A DNA stretch of 64,000 bases from assembly GCA_013151045.1 (NCBI GenBank), contig JAADIY010000017.1:10458-74457 (forward strand), in the 5' to 3' direction. How positions within the stretch are numbered: position 1 is the first letter of the stretch; each line of letters starts with the position of its first letter. Position numbers and translations under genes: made by a program. Under the pieces are notes generated by a model. The model was not told the origin of the DNA. It saw only the letters and a program-made list of their open reading frames with translations, and searched no databases. Shown here piece by piece: positions 1-8,914 of the stretch. This stretch comes from Gammaproteobacteria bacterium. Lineage in GTDB: Bacteria; Pseudomonadota; Gammaproteobacteria; GCA-2400775.

Positions 1-113
1 CAGCGAATAGCTTGCGGCATGTCGCATAGCAATTTTTGCCATACAACTCAATTAATGTAATACACACAGGGCTACCTCTGGCAACCCTGTATGCCTATCG
101 TTACCAAGCGCTT

Positions 114-578
114 TCAGGCAGATTGTACAGTGATTTTTTGTGCGCCTTCAGCTTCCTTCTTGTCAATCACGACGCTTAATACGCCGTCTTTAATTTTCGC
201 CGAAATTTTATTTGAATCAGCGGTTTCCGGTAAGGTAAAGCGTCGATGGAAGACACCATAAGACCGCTCTACTCTATGATAACCCTTGTTATCTTCTTTT
301 TTCTCTGATTTTCGCTCTCCCTGAATTGACAGCATACCGTGATTCATACTCACATCGATGTCTTTAATTTCAACACCTGGGACATCAACATTGATTAAGA
401 ATTGCTGGTCAGTTTCTTTAATATCTAACAACGGCAGCCAATCGCTACTAACAATCGTGTCAGACTCCCCTGCTAGCGGTAACATCCTCCTACCCAATTT
501 CCACGAATGAAACAGATCATTGACGTCATCTTGAATTTTACCCATTAAATTTTGAGGCTCATAGAGTATTGGGTTCAT
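114..578 (-). CDS. Small heat shock protein, Hsp20/alpha-crystallin family
   Basis: WLPLLDIKET...VDVPGV...RVERSYGVFHRRFTLP alpha-crystallin motifs. Start moved from 611 to ATG 578, which follows an AAGGAGA RBS. Confidence 0.93.
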   Translation of the reverse strand: MNPILYEPQNLMGKIQDDVNDLFHSWKLGRRMLPLAGESDTIVSSDWLPLLDIKETDQQFLINVDVPGVEIKDIDVSMNHGMLSIQGERKSEKKEDNKGYHRVERSYGVFHRRFTLPETADSNKISAKIKDGVLSVVIDKKEAEGAQKITVQSA

Positions 579-664
579 TGTTCTTTCTCCTTTAAATAAA
601 CAGTTCGACATTGCTTACTTTCAATGTCATTACCTTATATCGCTGCTATACAGCCATATAGAAT

Positions 665-1549
665 TTAATCTTTTAACCTTACCGCCAACACATCACACGT
701 CGCTCGATGAAAAACCGCATTGGCTGTAGAACCAAACACCAGACCTAGCCCGCTTTTACCATGTGAACCCATAATAATGAGGTCAATATTATGCATATCA
801 GCATAGCGTGCTATTTCCCTAGCTGGCGATCCTAATATTAATTCATGACTTGTTGGCTTAAGATCATAATTATTGATGAGCTGCTTGTACTGCCAATTGA
901 CTTTTTCAACAAATTCTTTTTCAAACTCACTCAATGGCATTTGTAAAATAGGTGAGCGGTTGATAACGTGAACCAGGCTTATTTGTGCATTATGATTTTT
1001 TGCCCATTCTTTTGCTTGTTCAACAACCCCTTCGATTTCAGGCATAAATTCGATGGCGAGCAATATTCGCTTGTATTTTTTAATGTCAATATTCGTTTGT
1101 TTATTAGTAGTATTCATTTTAGTCACCAAAACATTGAACGGTGACTTATGTAATACCGCATTTGCGGTAGAGCCTAAAATCTTTTCGGCGAAGGATTTTT
1201 CATGGGAACCAACAATGATAAGTTTGGCGTGTATTACTTTGGCATAGTCAATAATTTCATTTTTAGGGATGCCAACACGAAGCACTTGTTTGCTCCCTTT
1301 TTCTTTCACGCCCGCATTTTGAACAATATTTTCTAGACGTTTATTGGCAATCGCTTTGCTCTTGGCCGCGTCCGGCATTATTTCTATATAGCCATAGGCC
1401 TCTGGTATAGCAACAACATTAAGCGCCTCAACGACGTGAACAAGTTCTAGCTTAGCACCGTGACACCGAGCAATATAATTTGCCTGTCGGACAAGCTGTT
1501 CCGCTTCTTGGCCATAGCCGACAGCTGCGATCATTTTAGCAACGCTCAT
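665..1549 (-). CDS. Universal stress protein with two USP domains
   Basis: Two USP repeats, each ending in LIIVGSH/LIIMGSHG...GSTANAV. Confidence 0.92.
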   Translation of the reverse strand: MSVAKMIAAVGYGQEAEQLVRQANYIARCHGAKLELVHVVEALNVVAIPEAYGYIEIMPDAAKSKAIANKRLENIVQNAGVKEKGSKQVLRVGIPKNEIIDYAKVIHAKLIIVGSHEKSFAEKILGSTANAVLHKSPFNVLVTKMNTTNKQTNIDIKKYKRILLAIEFMPEIEGVVEQAKEWAKNHNAQISLVHVINRSPILQMPLSEFEKEFVEKVNWQYKQLINNYDLKPTSHELILGSPAREIARYADMHNIDLIIMGSHGKSGLGLVFGSTANAVFHRATCDVLAVRLKD

Positions 1550-1611
1550 ATATCACCCTACACCTTCACTTCAATGTGTTCGTATGATCACTCTATACAA
1601 AGTACCGTGTT

Positions 1612-1658
1612 GTTTATTGATTTAGATCAATAAACTGAACGCTTTTTATAGCCATAAT
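1612..1658 (+). promoter_or_regulatory. FNR/Anr-type box with class II promoter
   Basis: TTGAT-TTAG-ATCAA at 1617-1630 inside a 10-bp-arm perfect palindrome (1612-1635). CATAAT at 1653-1658 places the box centre at about -41.5. Confidence 0.85.
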
Positions 1659-1690
1659 TAGCCCGTGAAATATTAATTTAGCGAGGTAAT

Positions 1691-2086
1691 ATGGCGAGAA
1701 ATAACTTAACTGATGACCAAATTAATCAGCTGAACTCGTTGCTCAATAAGAAAGCAGCGCTATTACAATCCATCATAAATGCAGGCGTCACATCTGGCAT
1801 TAGATATCAGCCTATTACTGGTGAAGTTCATGATAGTGGTGACGAATCCGTTGCCGACACCCTCGTCGACACACAAATTTGCTCTCAGCATCACGCTAGC
1901 AATGAAATAAAAGAAGTTCACACCGCCCTAGAAAGAATCAAACATAAACACTATGGGGTTTGCATAGATTGCGGCAACCCAATCGATTTTTCTCGTTTAG
2001 AAGCGCACCCTGAAGCGAAGCGTTGCATAACGTGTAAAGAACAATACGAAAGGATAGCATCACATTCAAGTAGCCCGTATTTATGA
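1691..2086 (+). CDS. TraR/DksA family C4 zinc-finger protein
   Basis: Coiled-coil tip HDSGDES (DxxDxA-like), YGVCIDCGNPI...RL...CITCKE zinc finger, GAGG RBS. Confidence 0.9.
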   Translation: MARNNLTDDQINQLNSLLNKKAALLQSIINAGVTSGIRYQPITGEVHDSGDESVADTLVDTQICSQHHASNEIKEVHTALERIKHKHYGVCIDCGNPIDFSRLEAHPEAKRCITCKEQYERIASHSSSPYL

Positions 2087-2142
2087 TTAGAATGTCATCA
2101 GCACCAACCGATAACCTACTTGATTATTTGGGGAAAGAGACT

Positions 2143-4563
2143 ATGCAGCAAACTGATAACATTCGTTGGTTCGATGACCTAGGAATTGATGATGTCACCA
2201 TAGTCGGTGGCAAGAATGCATCTTTAGGTGAAATGTATTGTCAACTTAGCCCATTAGGCGTTCATGTACCCAATGGTTTTGCGACGACAGCAAAAGCATA
2301 TCGCAGCAACACTCAAAAAATTAATGAAAAAATTACCTCGCTATTGGCAAAAATCAAGCCTAACGACGTTAACAGCCTATCAAAATATGCCAAAAAAATT
2401 AGAAGTCTCGTTTACGAGTCCTGTCTTGATGATGCATTAAAAACTGAAATTTTACAGGCTTATCAGCAACTCAAAACGCAATACGGAAACGATATCAGCG
2501 TTGCCGTAAGAAGCTCCGCCACTGCTGAAGACTTGCCTACCGCAAGCTTTGCTGGCCAACACGATAGTTATCTGAATATTATTGGTGAAGACGCACTTAT
2601 CGACGCCTACCGCCATTGCTTTGCATCCCTCTTTAACGACCGCGCTATCACTTATCGTGACCATAATAATTTTGACCATATGATGGTCGCAATGTCGGTG
2701 GGCGTAATGAAAATGGTGCGCTCCGATATTGCCAGTAGCGGCGTTATGTTTAGTCTTGATACCGACACCGGTTTTCAAGATGTCGTGTTTATTACCTCAA
2801 CCTATGGACTTGGCGAAAACATAGTACAGGGCAATGTTGACCCAGATGAATTTTATGTACACAAACCTACTTTTAAACAAGGATATCGCAAGGTGCTTTA
2901 TCGGCGGCTAGGTGACAAGCAATCTACAATGATTTATGCCGAAACCAGCCATAAAGAAACCATTCAAGATATTGAGACAACAGCGGCGCTCCGTCAACAA
3001 TTTAGTATTTGTGATGCCGATGTGCTGACACTGGCTGACTATGCGATAAAAACAGAACAACATTATAGTGACAAGAAAGGCAAACCTTGCCCTATGGACA
3101 TGGAATGGGCCAAAGACGGCATTGATGGCAAACTCTATCTGATTCAAGCGCGCCCAGAAACGATCATATCGCAACAAAATGCCTTCCATATTACCGAATA
3201 CACACTTAAGGAATCGACTACCCCTCTATCATCTGGTCGCGCAGTCGGAGATAAAATTGTCCACGGCCGAGCAAGAAAAATTAATACAAAAGCGGACTTA
3301 GCACAATTCCAAACAGGTGAAATATTAGTCACTGACACCACCAGCCCAGATTGGGGGCCAGTAATGAATTCGGCTTCAGCGATTATTACCAATCGCGGCG
3401 GCCGCACCTGCCATGCGGCGATTGTTGCTCGCGAGCTGGGTATACCTGCTGTGGTGGGCACTGGTGATGCAACACAACGTATAGCAGATGGCGCCGAAAT
3501 CACGGTATCTTGCGCGCAAGGCAGTACCGCCTATGTCTACCCTGGCAGTCTTGCCTTCACTACTAATCGTATTAATATAAAAAAGATAGCACAGCTAAAA
3601 ACTCAGATTATGCTTAATATCGGCGACCCTGAACATGCATTATCTTATAGCCATTTACCCTGTGATGGTGTTGGCCTAGCACGCATTGAGTTTATTATCA
3701 GTAATACGATTAGAGCGCACCCGATGGCATTGCTCTACCCAGAAAAAATCCGCAGCGCTAAAGCTCGCCAACACATCACCGAGCTAACACAAGGCTATAC
3801 TAGCGGCACTGACTATTTTATAGAAAAACTTTCAGAAGGCATTGCGATGATCGCCGCTGCCTTCTATCCAAAACCCGTGATTGTGCGAACGTCAGACTTT
3901 AAGACTAACGAATACGCCAGCCTTATCGGTGGAGATAGCTTTGAGTTTATCGAAGATAACCCTATGATCGGTTTTCGCGGCGCCGCACGTTATAGCCACC
4001 CAGCTTATGCCAAAGCGTTTGGGCTTGAATGCAAAGCGATAAAACGCGTTCGCAATGAAATGGGGTTTGATAATGTCAAAGTAATGATTCCATTTTGTCG
4101 ACGCGTCAAAGAAGGGGAAGAGGTACTGCAATGCATGGCGACACATGGCCTTAAACAACATGAAAATGGGCTTGAGGTCTATGTGATGTGTGAAATACCC
4201 AATAATGTCATTCTCATTGACCAGTTCGCCCAATTATTTGACGGTTTATCAATCGGTTCTAATGACCTCACACAATTAACACTTGGTGTTGATCGTGACT
4301 CTGAAATCGTCGCGTTTGAATTTGACGAACATGATCCAGGAGTCTTAGAAATGATGCGTTTAGTCATAGCCGGCGCACATCGCAATAAGCGCCCAATAGG
4401 TATTTGTGGACAAGCCCCATCTGACTACCCAGATATTGCTGAATACCTAGTGAGTCTCAATATTGATTCAATCAGTTTAAACCCAGACTCTCTGTTTAAA
4501 ACCCGAGAAAACATTGCCGCAATAGAAGAGAAGTTACAAACAGTAAAGATCCAAGAAACATAA
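2143..4563 (+). CDS. ppsA: Phosphoenolpyruvate synthase (pyruvate,water dikinase)
   Basis: VGGKNASLGEM, AVRSSATAEDLP.ASFAGQ, phospho-His GGRTCHAAIVARELG, SIGSNDLTQL. Start probably ATG 2143 rather than 2083. Confidence 0.97.
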   Translation: MQQTDNIRWFDDLGIDDVTIVGGKNASLGEMYCQLSPLGVHVPNGFATTAKAYRSNTQKINEKITSLLAKIKPNDVNSLSKYAKKIRSLVYESCLDDALKTEILQAYQQLKTQYGNDISVAVRSSATAEDLPTASFAGQHDSYLNIIGEDALIDAYRHCFASLFNDRAITYRDHNNFDHMMVAMSVGVMKMVRSDIASSGVMFSLDTDTGFQDVVFITSTYGLGENIVQGNVDPDEFYVHKPTFKQGYRKVLYRRLGDKQSTMIYAETSHKETIQDIETTAALRQQFSICDADVLTLADYAIKTEQHYSDKKGKPCPMDMEWAKDGIDGKLYLIQARPETIISQQNAFHITEYTLKESTTPLSSGRAVGDKIVHGRARKINTKADLAQFQTGEILVTDTTSPDWGPVMNSASAIITNRGGRTCHAAIVARELGIPAVVGTGDATQRIADGAEITVSCAQGSTAYVYPGSLAFTTNRINIKKIAQLKTQIMLNIGDPEHALSYSHLPCDGVGLARIEFIISNTIRAHPMALLYPEKIRSAKARQHITELTQGYTSGTDYFIEKLSEGIAMIAAAFYPKPVIVRTSDFKTNEYASLIGGDSFEFIEDNPMIGFRGAARYSHPAYAKAFGLECKAIKRVRNEMGFDNVKVMIPFCRRVKEGEEVLQCMATHGLKQHENGLEVYVMCEIPNNVILIDQFAQLFDGLSIGSNDLTQLTLGVDRDSEIVAFEFDEHDPGVLEMMRLVIAGAHRNKRPIGICGQAPSDYPDIAEYLVSLNIDSISLNPDSLFKTRENIAAIEEKLQTVKIQET

Positions 4564-4585
4564 AAGTGTAATAAAAAATAACCAG

Positions 4586-5602
4586 GTGGTTCGTATGAAA
4601 GTGCTCGTATACAGTGCTGCGCAATATACTCACGACACGTTTAAAAAAGCCAATCAAGGCCAGAAACATCAGTTCGTCTATAGTGATGCAACACTCAACG
4701 AACACACCACCTCACTAGCACAAGACTTCCAAGCTATCTGCTGTTTCGTCGATGATGAACTCAACGCCAAGGTATTAGACAAACTCGCTGAATTAGGTGT
4801 ACAGCTCATTTTACTGCGTTGCACGGGTTTTAATAATATCGATATCGCAGCTGCAAAAAAAAATTCCATCACCGTCATGCGTGTCGCTAATTATTCGCCC
4901 TATTCCGTGGCAGAATTTACGATTGCGATGATACTCACACTCAATCGTAAATTACATCGTAGCTACAACAGGGTAAGAGAAGGAAATTTTTTACTTGATG
5001 GCCTACTCGGCTTTGATCTCAACAATAAAACAGTTGGCATTGTCGGCACGGGGAGCATTGGTAGTGTTTTAGCAAAAATCTTATCGGGCTTCGGTTGTCA
5101 CTTATTGGCAAACGATGTCATCGAGAACGAATATTGTCTATCCCTTGGTGTCAATTATGTATCGCTAACAGAATTATTACAGCGCTCAAATATCGTCAGC
5201 TTACATTTACCTCTGACCCCTGGCACCTTTCATTTAATGAATAAAAAGACTTTATCACTAATGCAAGACGATGCCATACTCATTAATACGAGTCGCGGTG
5301 CTATCGTTAACACAACAGACTTGATTACCGAACTTAAGCGTGGACGCTTTAGCGGTGTCGGACTCGATGTCTATGAAGAAGAGTCGGGGCTCTATTATCA
5401 CGATCTACGCGATCAAATCATTGACGACGATATGTTCGCAAGACTAATCGGTTTTCCCAATGTATTGGTCACCGGTCATCAAGGGTTTTTTACCAACGAA
5501 GCACTGAATGATATTGCCACCATCACACTAAAAAATATCAGTGACTATGAAGCAGGGATAAGTAGTTCCAATACCATTAGTCACTGTGAAAAAAATGGCT
5601 AG
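4586..5602 (+). CDS. ldhA: D-lactate dehydrogenase-like 2-hydroxyacid dehydrogenase
   Basis: LRCTGFNNID, YSPYSVAEF, GIVGTGSIG, INTSRG, GLDVYEEE, NVLVTGHQGF. Start is GTG 4586 or ATG 4595. Confidence 0.85.
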   Translation: MVRMKVLVYSAAQYTHDTFKKANQGQKHQFVYSDATLNEHTTSLAQDFQAICCFVDDELNAKVLDKLAELGVQLILLRCTGFNNIDIAAAKKNSITVMRVANYSPYSVAEFTIAMILTLNRKLHRSYNRVREGNFLLDGLLGFDLNNKTVGIVGTGSIGSVLAKILSGFGCHLLANDVIENEYCLSLGVNYVSLTELLQRSNIVSLHLPLTPGTFHLMNKKTLSLMQDDAILINTSRGAIVNTTDLITELKRGRFSGVGLDVYEEESGLYYHDLRDQIIDDDMFARLIGFPNVLVTGHQGFFTNEALNDIATITLKNISDYEAGISSSNTISHCEKNG

Positions 5603-5828
5603 GCCCACTACCTTAGCCCGTCGAATAGATTTACCACTTTTGACATTCTATGCTCTTGGCACAATTTTAGGGACAGACATCTATGTCTTAGTCGAAAAAG
5701 TGGCTGAACAATCAGGTTCATTAGCGCCACTAGCATTTTTAGTGGTAGCAATTGTTACTAGTGTCACCGCACTCAGTTATTGCCAACTCGCCGCCCATTT
5801 TCCTAAAAGTGCCGGAAAAGCCTATTAA
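5595..5828 (+). pseudogene. Truncated APC-family amino acid permease (N-terminal ~78 aa only)
   Basis: YALGTILGTDIYVLV...SYCQLAAHFPKSAG matches TM1-TM2 of APC permeases (G.ilGaGIy...sYaEL...P.sag). It stops immediately after, with no continuation downstream. Confidence 0.75.
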
Positions 5829-6064
5829 TGACACAGGAACCTGAGTTTTGGCTAACACTAGGCGGGCTTCTATTAATTGGCTTACTAACGTCACCCCCGA
5901 GTCATCACTGCCTTTCCACTGGCGTTATTTTATTATTGCTAGCGTCACAATATCATCAAACCCTACTATCAATAGTAATTGCTTACATCGTATTTTTTGA
6001 AACAACCGGCCCCGTGTTGACGCGATTAGCCTTGGAGAAAACACACAAAACTGAATGGTTTTAA
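5828..6064 (+). pseudogene. Internally deleted cation:proton antiporter remnant
   Basis: N-terminal LTLGGLLLIGLL joined directly to the antiporter-type C-terminus IVIAYIVFFETTGPVLTRLAL. Only 78 aa against ~400 expected. Confidence 0.6.
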
Positions 6065-6122
6065 TTTAGCACCGTCTAACATGTAATAAACCGTTAAACA
6101 CATAGCAAAAAGGAGAGTAACA

Positions 6123-6503
6123 ATGACCATCATTAGACATGGCCTATCAATAGGCATTGACCGCGTTGAAACAGATTTTTTTCTTACATTGCGAATAGTC
6201 GGAAAACTCACGCACGGTGATTATGAAAAAATCACCCCACTGATTGATTCGGCACTAGAAGGGGTCAAATCACCCAAGGTTAATGTATTCGTCGATGCCT
6301 TAGAGCTCGAAGGCTGGGAATTAAGAGCAGCCTGGGACGATCTCAAATTGGGGCTCAAACATAATAAAGACTTTAACAAAATAGCCATTCTAGGCCAGAA
6401 AAAATGGCAAAAATATTTAGCCAAAATAGCATCATGGTTTATCTCAGGCGAAGTTAAATATTTTGAGGAAGTCAATGCCGCATTTTACTGGCTGAAAGAA
6501 TAA
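6123..6503 (+). CDS. STAS/SEC14 (SpoIIAA-like) domain protein
   Basis: GKLTHGDYE...LEGWELRAAWDDLKLGLKH...KIAILG; AAGGAG RBS. Confidence 0.9.
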   Translation: MTIIRHGLSIGIDRVETDFFLTLRIVGKLTHGDYEKITPLIDSALEGVKSPKVNVFVDALELEGWELRAAWDDLKLGLKHNKDFNKIAILGQKKWQKYLAKIASWFISGEVKYFEEVNAAFYWLKE

Positions 6504-6537
6504 CTGCACGACTTAATAGACTGACAAGAGAACAATT

Positions 6538-7284
6538 ATGAATAAACAAGCACTCATCCAGCAACACCATCCTGACGCGATACGCAAACGTTTAGCCACG
6601 CCTAACAAACCACAATATATCTCTGATGCTGTACTTGGGGGCATAGATGGCTGTGTTACGACATTTGCCGTCGTTGCCGGTGTGCTTGGTGCAGGCTTCT
6701 CGTCTTCGGTGGCATTGATCTTAGGCGTAGCGAACCTCATTGCTGATGGGTTTAGCATGGCGATGAGCAATTATGAATCGGTCAGAGCACAGCATGAATA
6801 TAATAATCGTCTTAGGCTAATAGAAGCTGAGCACGTTCAACAGGTGCCAGACGGCGAACGCGAAGAGATAAGACAGCTATTTCAAGCTAAGGGCTTTGAT
6901 GGGGCGACACTTAATCATATTGTCGACACGCTGACTCAGAATCAAGACGTATGGATAGACACCATGCTGACAGAAGAGCATGGCGTACAAAAAACCCTAT
7001 CAAACCCTAAGCAATCCGCGCTGACAACATTTGTTGCATTCATCTTAGTTGGCATAATGCCTTTACTGCCTTTTTTATCAACATCATTAGCACCACAACA
7101 ACAATTCATTTTTAGTGCTGGCATCGCGGCAATAATGTTTTTTCTCATTGGCATGATAAAAGGCCTTTATGTCGCAACACCTTTATTCATTTCTGGTTTG
7201 CGCACATTGCTAACAGGTGGCGCTGCAGCCACGCTCGCATTTTTAACTGGATATTTACTGAGAGAAGTTTTCGGCATTGGTTAA
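6538..7284 (+). CDS. VIT1/CCC1 family transporter
   Basis: DAVLGGIDGCVTTFAVVAG, ANLIADGFSMAMSNY, EREEIRQLF, EEHG. Confidence 0.92.
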   Translation: MNKQALIQQHHPDAIRKRLATPNKPQYISDAVLGGIDGCVTTFAVVAGVLGAGFSSSVALILGVANLIADGFSMAMSNYESVRAQHEYNNRLRLIEAEHVQQVPDGEREEIRQLFQAKGFDGATLNHIVDTLTQNQDVWIDTMLTEEHGVQKTLSNPKQSALTTFVAFILVGIMPLLPFLSTSLAPQQQFIFSAGIAAIMFFLIGMIKGLYVATPLFISGLRTLLTGGAAATLAFLTGYLLREVFGIG

Positions 7285-7371
7285 TTGCTGGCAGCAAAGC
7301 AATAAACCAATGATTGTTAAAACTAGCGGCATTGCTTTTGCCATGCCACCATTTAGACAGGAGTAGTCGAC

Positions 7372-7614
7372 ATGACACTTGAAATCATACGTGATGTACT
7401 GGCCTGGTCTGCGGTCATTAATTATTCTATTTTACTCTATTGGTTTGTAATACTGACTTATGCTCATGATTGGGTTTATCAGTTTCATAGTCGTTGGTTC
7501 GATTTATCAACCAACACCTTTGATGCCATTCATTACTCAGCCATTGCTTTTTATAAATTAGCGATTTTCTTATTCAATCTTGTGCCTTATCTTGCATTGC
7601 TAATCGTCTTATAG
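7372..7614 (+). CDS. Small membrane protein (DUF6868-like)
   Basis: W..IN..ILL.WF......HDW.Y..H..WF.L....FDAIHY....YK....FNLVPY.AL pattern; AGGAG RBS. Confidence 0.7.
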   Translation: MTLEIIRDVLAWSAVINYSILLYWFVILTYAHDWVYQFHSRWFDLSTNTFDAIHYSAIAFYKLAIFLFNLVPYLALLIVL

Positions 7615-7941
7615 CTCTGGACACGATGAGTTTACATTTTTTGAAAAATAGCGAGGAATGATTTTATGTAATTCCATCATAATTAATACAACTAAGGCCA
7701 ATACCAACCACTGAGCCCACAGTTGCAGTGATGCTGACTGTATATTCAACACATCGCTCAGCCAAGAAATATACATTGCAGAAAAGTGCACTAGTTGTGC
7801 GACCACAGTACCTAGCAATAAAAGCCGATTACTGAGTAGGTCATGACAAAATACAGAACGTGTTTCGGATGAAAAACAGCAAACCAACCACCAAATCGCT
7901 ATACTGTACTGCTGACAAAGCAATCTTAGCGCTCTTGACAA
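7609..7941 (-). pseudogene. C-terminal remnant of a cation-transporting P-type ATPase
   Basis: SETRSVF...LSNRLLLLGTVVAQLVH..AMY..WLSDVL.I.......W...L.LA..VL..MELHK resembles the last two helices of Cation_ATPase_C. No catalytic domains upstream. Confidence 0.6.
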
Positions 7942-7985
7942 TTGCCCCGCACCATTAAATAACTAATATAAGCCAAGCAACTACT

Positions 7986-8381
7986 ATGAAAACCTTTCGC
8001 TACCTCTTATTAACATTGGCTATAGTCTTTAGCAGTTTTATCGGCTGGGGTTGGTGGATTGGCCAGCAAACAGAGCTCTATCAAGTTGAGCTCGCACCGG
8101 AAATTGAAGCAACTTACGGCTTTAAGATTAGTACACCGCAAGTACGGGTCCATGACAGACGTCGACAAGTACTGGCAATACACCCTGAAAAAAATGGTTT
8201 GCTCTACCAGGCCGGGTTTCGCGACAATGACATTTTATTGTCACACCAAATCACTGCACTTTATCAAGCACTGTACAACCAACAAGACCAAACGCTGTCA
8301 TTCAACGTCATCGATGGCGGTGACGGCCCGCCACTTAACGAACGCGAGCTACGCACTATTACGTTAAGCCCACACTACTAA
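7986..8381 (+). CDS. Membrane-anchored hypothetical protein, possible PDZ-like domain
   Basis: N-terminal TM helix; GLLYQAGFRDNDILL resembles the PDZ AGL..GD.I motif. Confidence 0.55.
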   Translation: MKTFRYLLLTLAIVFSSFIGWGWWIGQQTELYQVELAPEIEATYGFKISTPQVRVHDRRRQVLAIHPEKNGLLYQAGFRDNDILLSHQITALYQALYNQQDQTLSFNVIDGGDGPPLNERELRTITLSPHY

Positions 8382-8416
8382 GCCTGACACCAACCAAGTT
8401 CTGTTGAGTTATTAAC

Positions 8417-8893
8417 TCATTTTTTCAGTTTTCCCCAACGGTCTATCTGTTCATAAGTCAGTGCACCACTATGAGCAAGGCGCGTAGTGGCATCGAGATA
8501 AAAATAAGCGCGCGGCAATTCTCCATACCATTGCTTATCTATTTGATAACGCAATCGTGGCGAGTGACTATTTGCAAATAACCAGTTATCAAGGTCAGTG
8601 ATAGCAAATCTATGCAATACAGCCCCAACCTCTGCAAGCTGTTCTGGTCCGTCCGTTGAGATCAGTACGACATCCAAGTGTATTTGCGTTGTATGCAAAC
8701 GTGAAAGCAGCTCAAGCTCTTTCATGCAAGGCTCACAGTCAATTGACCAGATCACCAGGATAAACGGTCGGTTTTCGCGTTGGGCTAGAATATCAGCTAG
8801 GCTGCTTTCTTCAAATAACGTGATGTTATTTGCCAATGCCGAACTTATCGACAAATAAACGATCACAAAAATAACAGAGAACTTCTCAATCAT
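8417..8893 (-). CDS. TlpA-like thioredoxin-fold protein
   Basis: Signal peptide, ILVIWSIDCEPCMKEL (CxxC), W.GELPR.YF. Confidence 0.85.
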   Translation of the reverse strand: MIEKFSVIFVIVYLSISSALANNITLFEESSLADILAQRENRPFILVIWSIDCEPCMKELELLSRLHTTQIHLDVVLISTDGPEQLAEVGAVLHRFAITDLDNWLFANSHSPRLRYQIDKQWYGELPRAYFYLDATTRLAHSGALTYEQIDRWGKLKK

Positions 8894-8914
8894 TATGGGC
8901 GTATGTCTAGTTCT

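Noticed and set aside
13-26. TGCGGCATGTCGCA as a third copy of the shared operator
   Set aside because: Half-sites are separated by 2 nt rather than 5, and it falls in a possible minus-strand ORF starting at 42 that runs off the window.
579-664. ROSE RNA thermometer upstream of hsp20
   Set aside because: No U(U/C)GCU anti-SD motif is positioned to pair with the AGGAG.
2452-4385. Antisense ORFs inside ppsA, and similar shadow ORFs inside katG, groEL, dsbD, accBC, hemF and metH
   Set aside because: They lie wholly opposite or out of frame to well-conserved genes, with no motifs or RBS.
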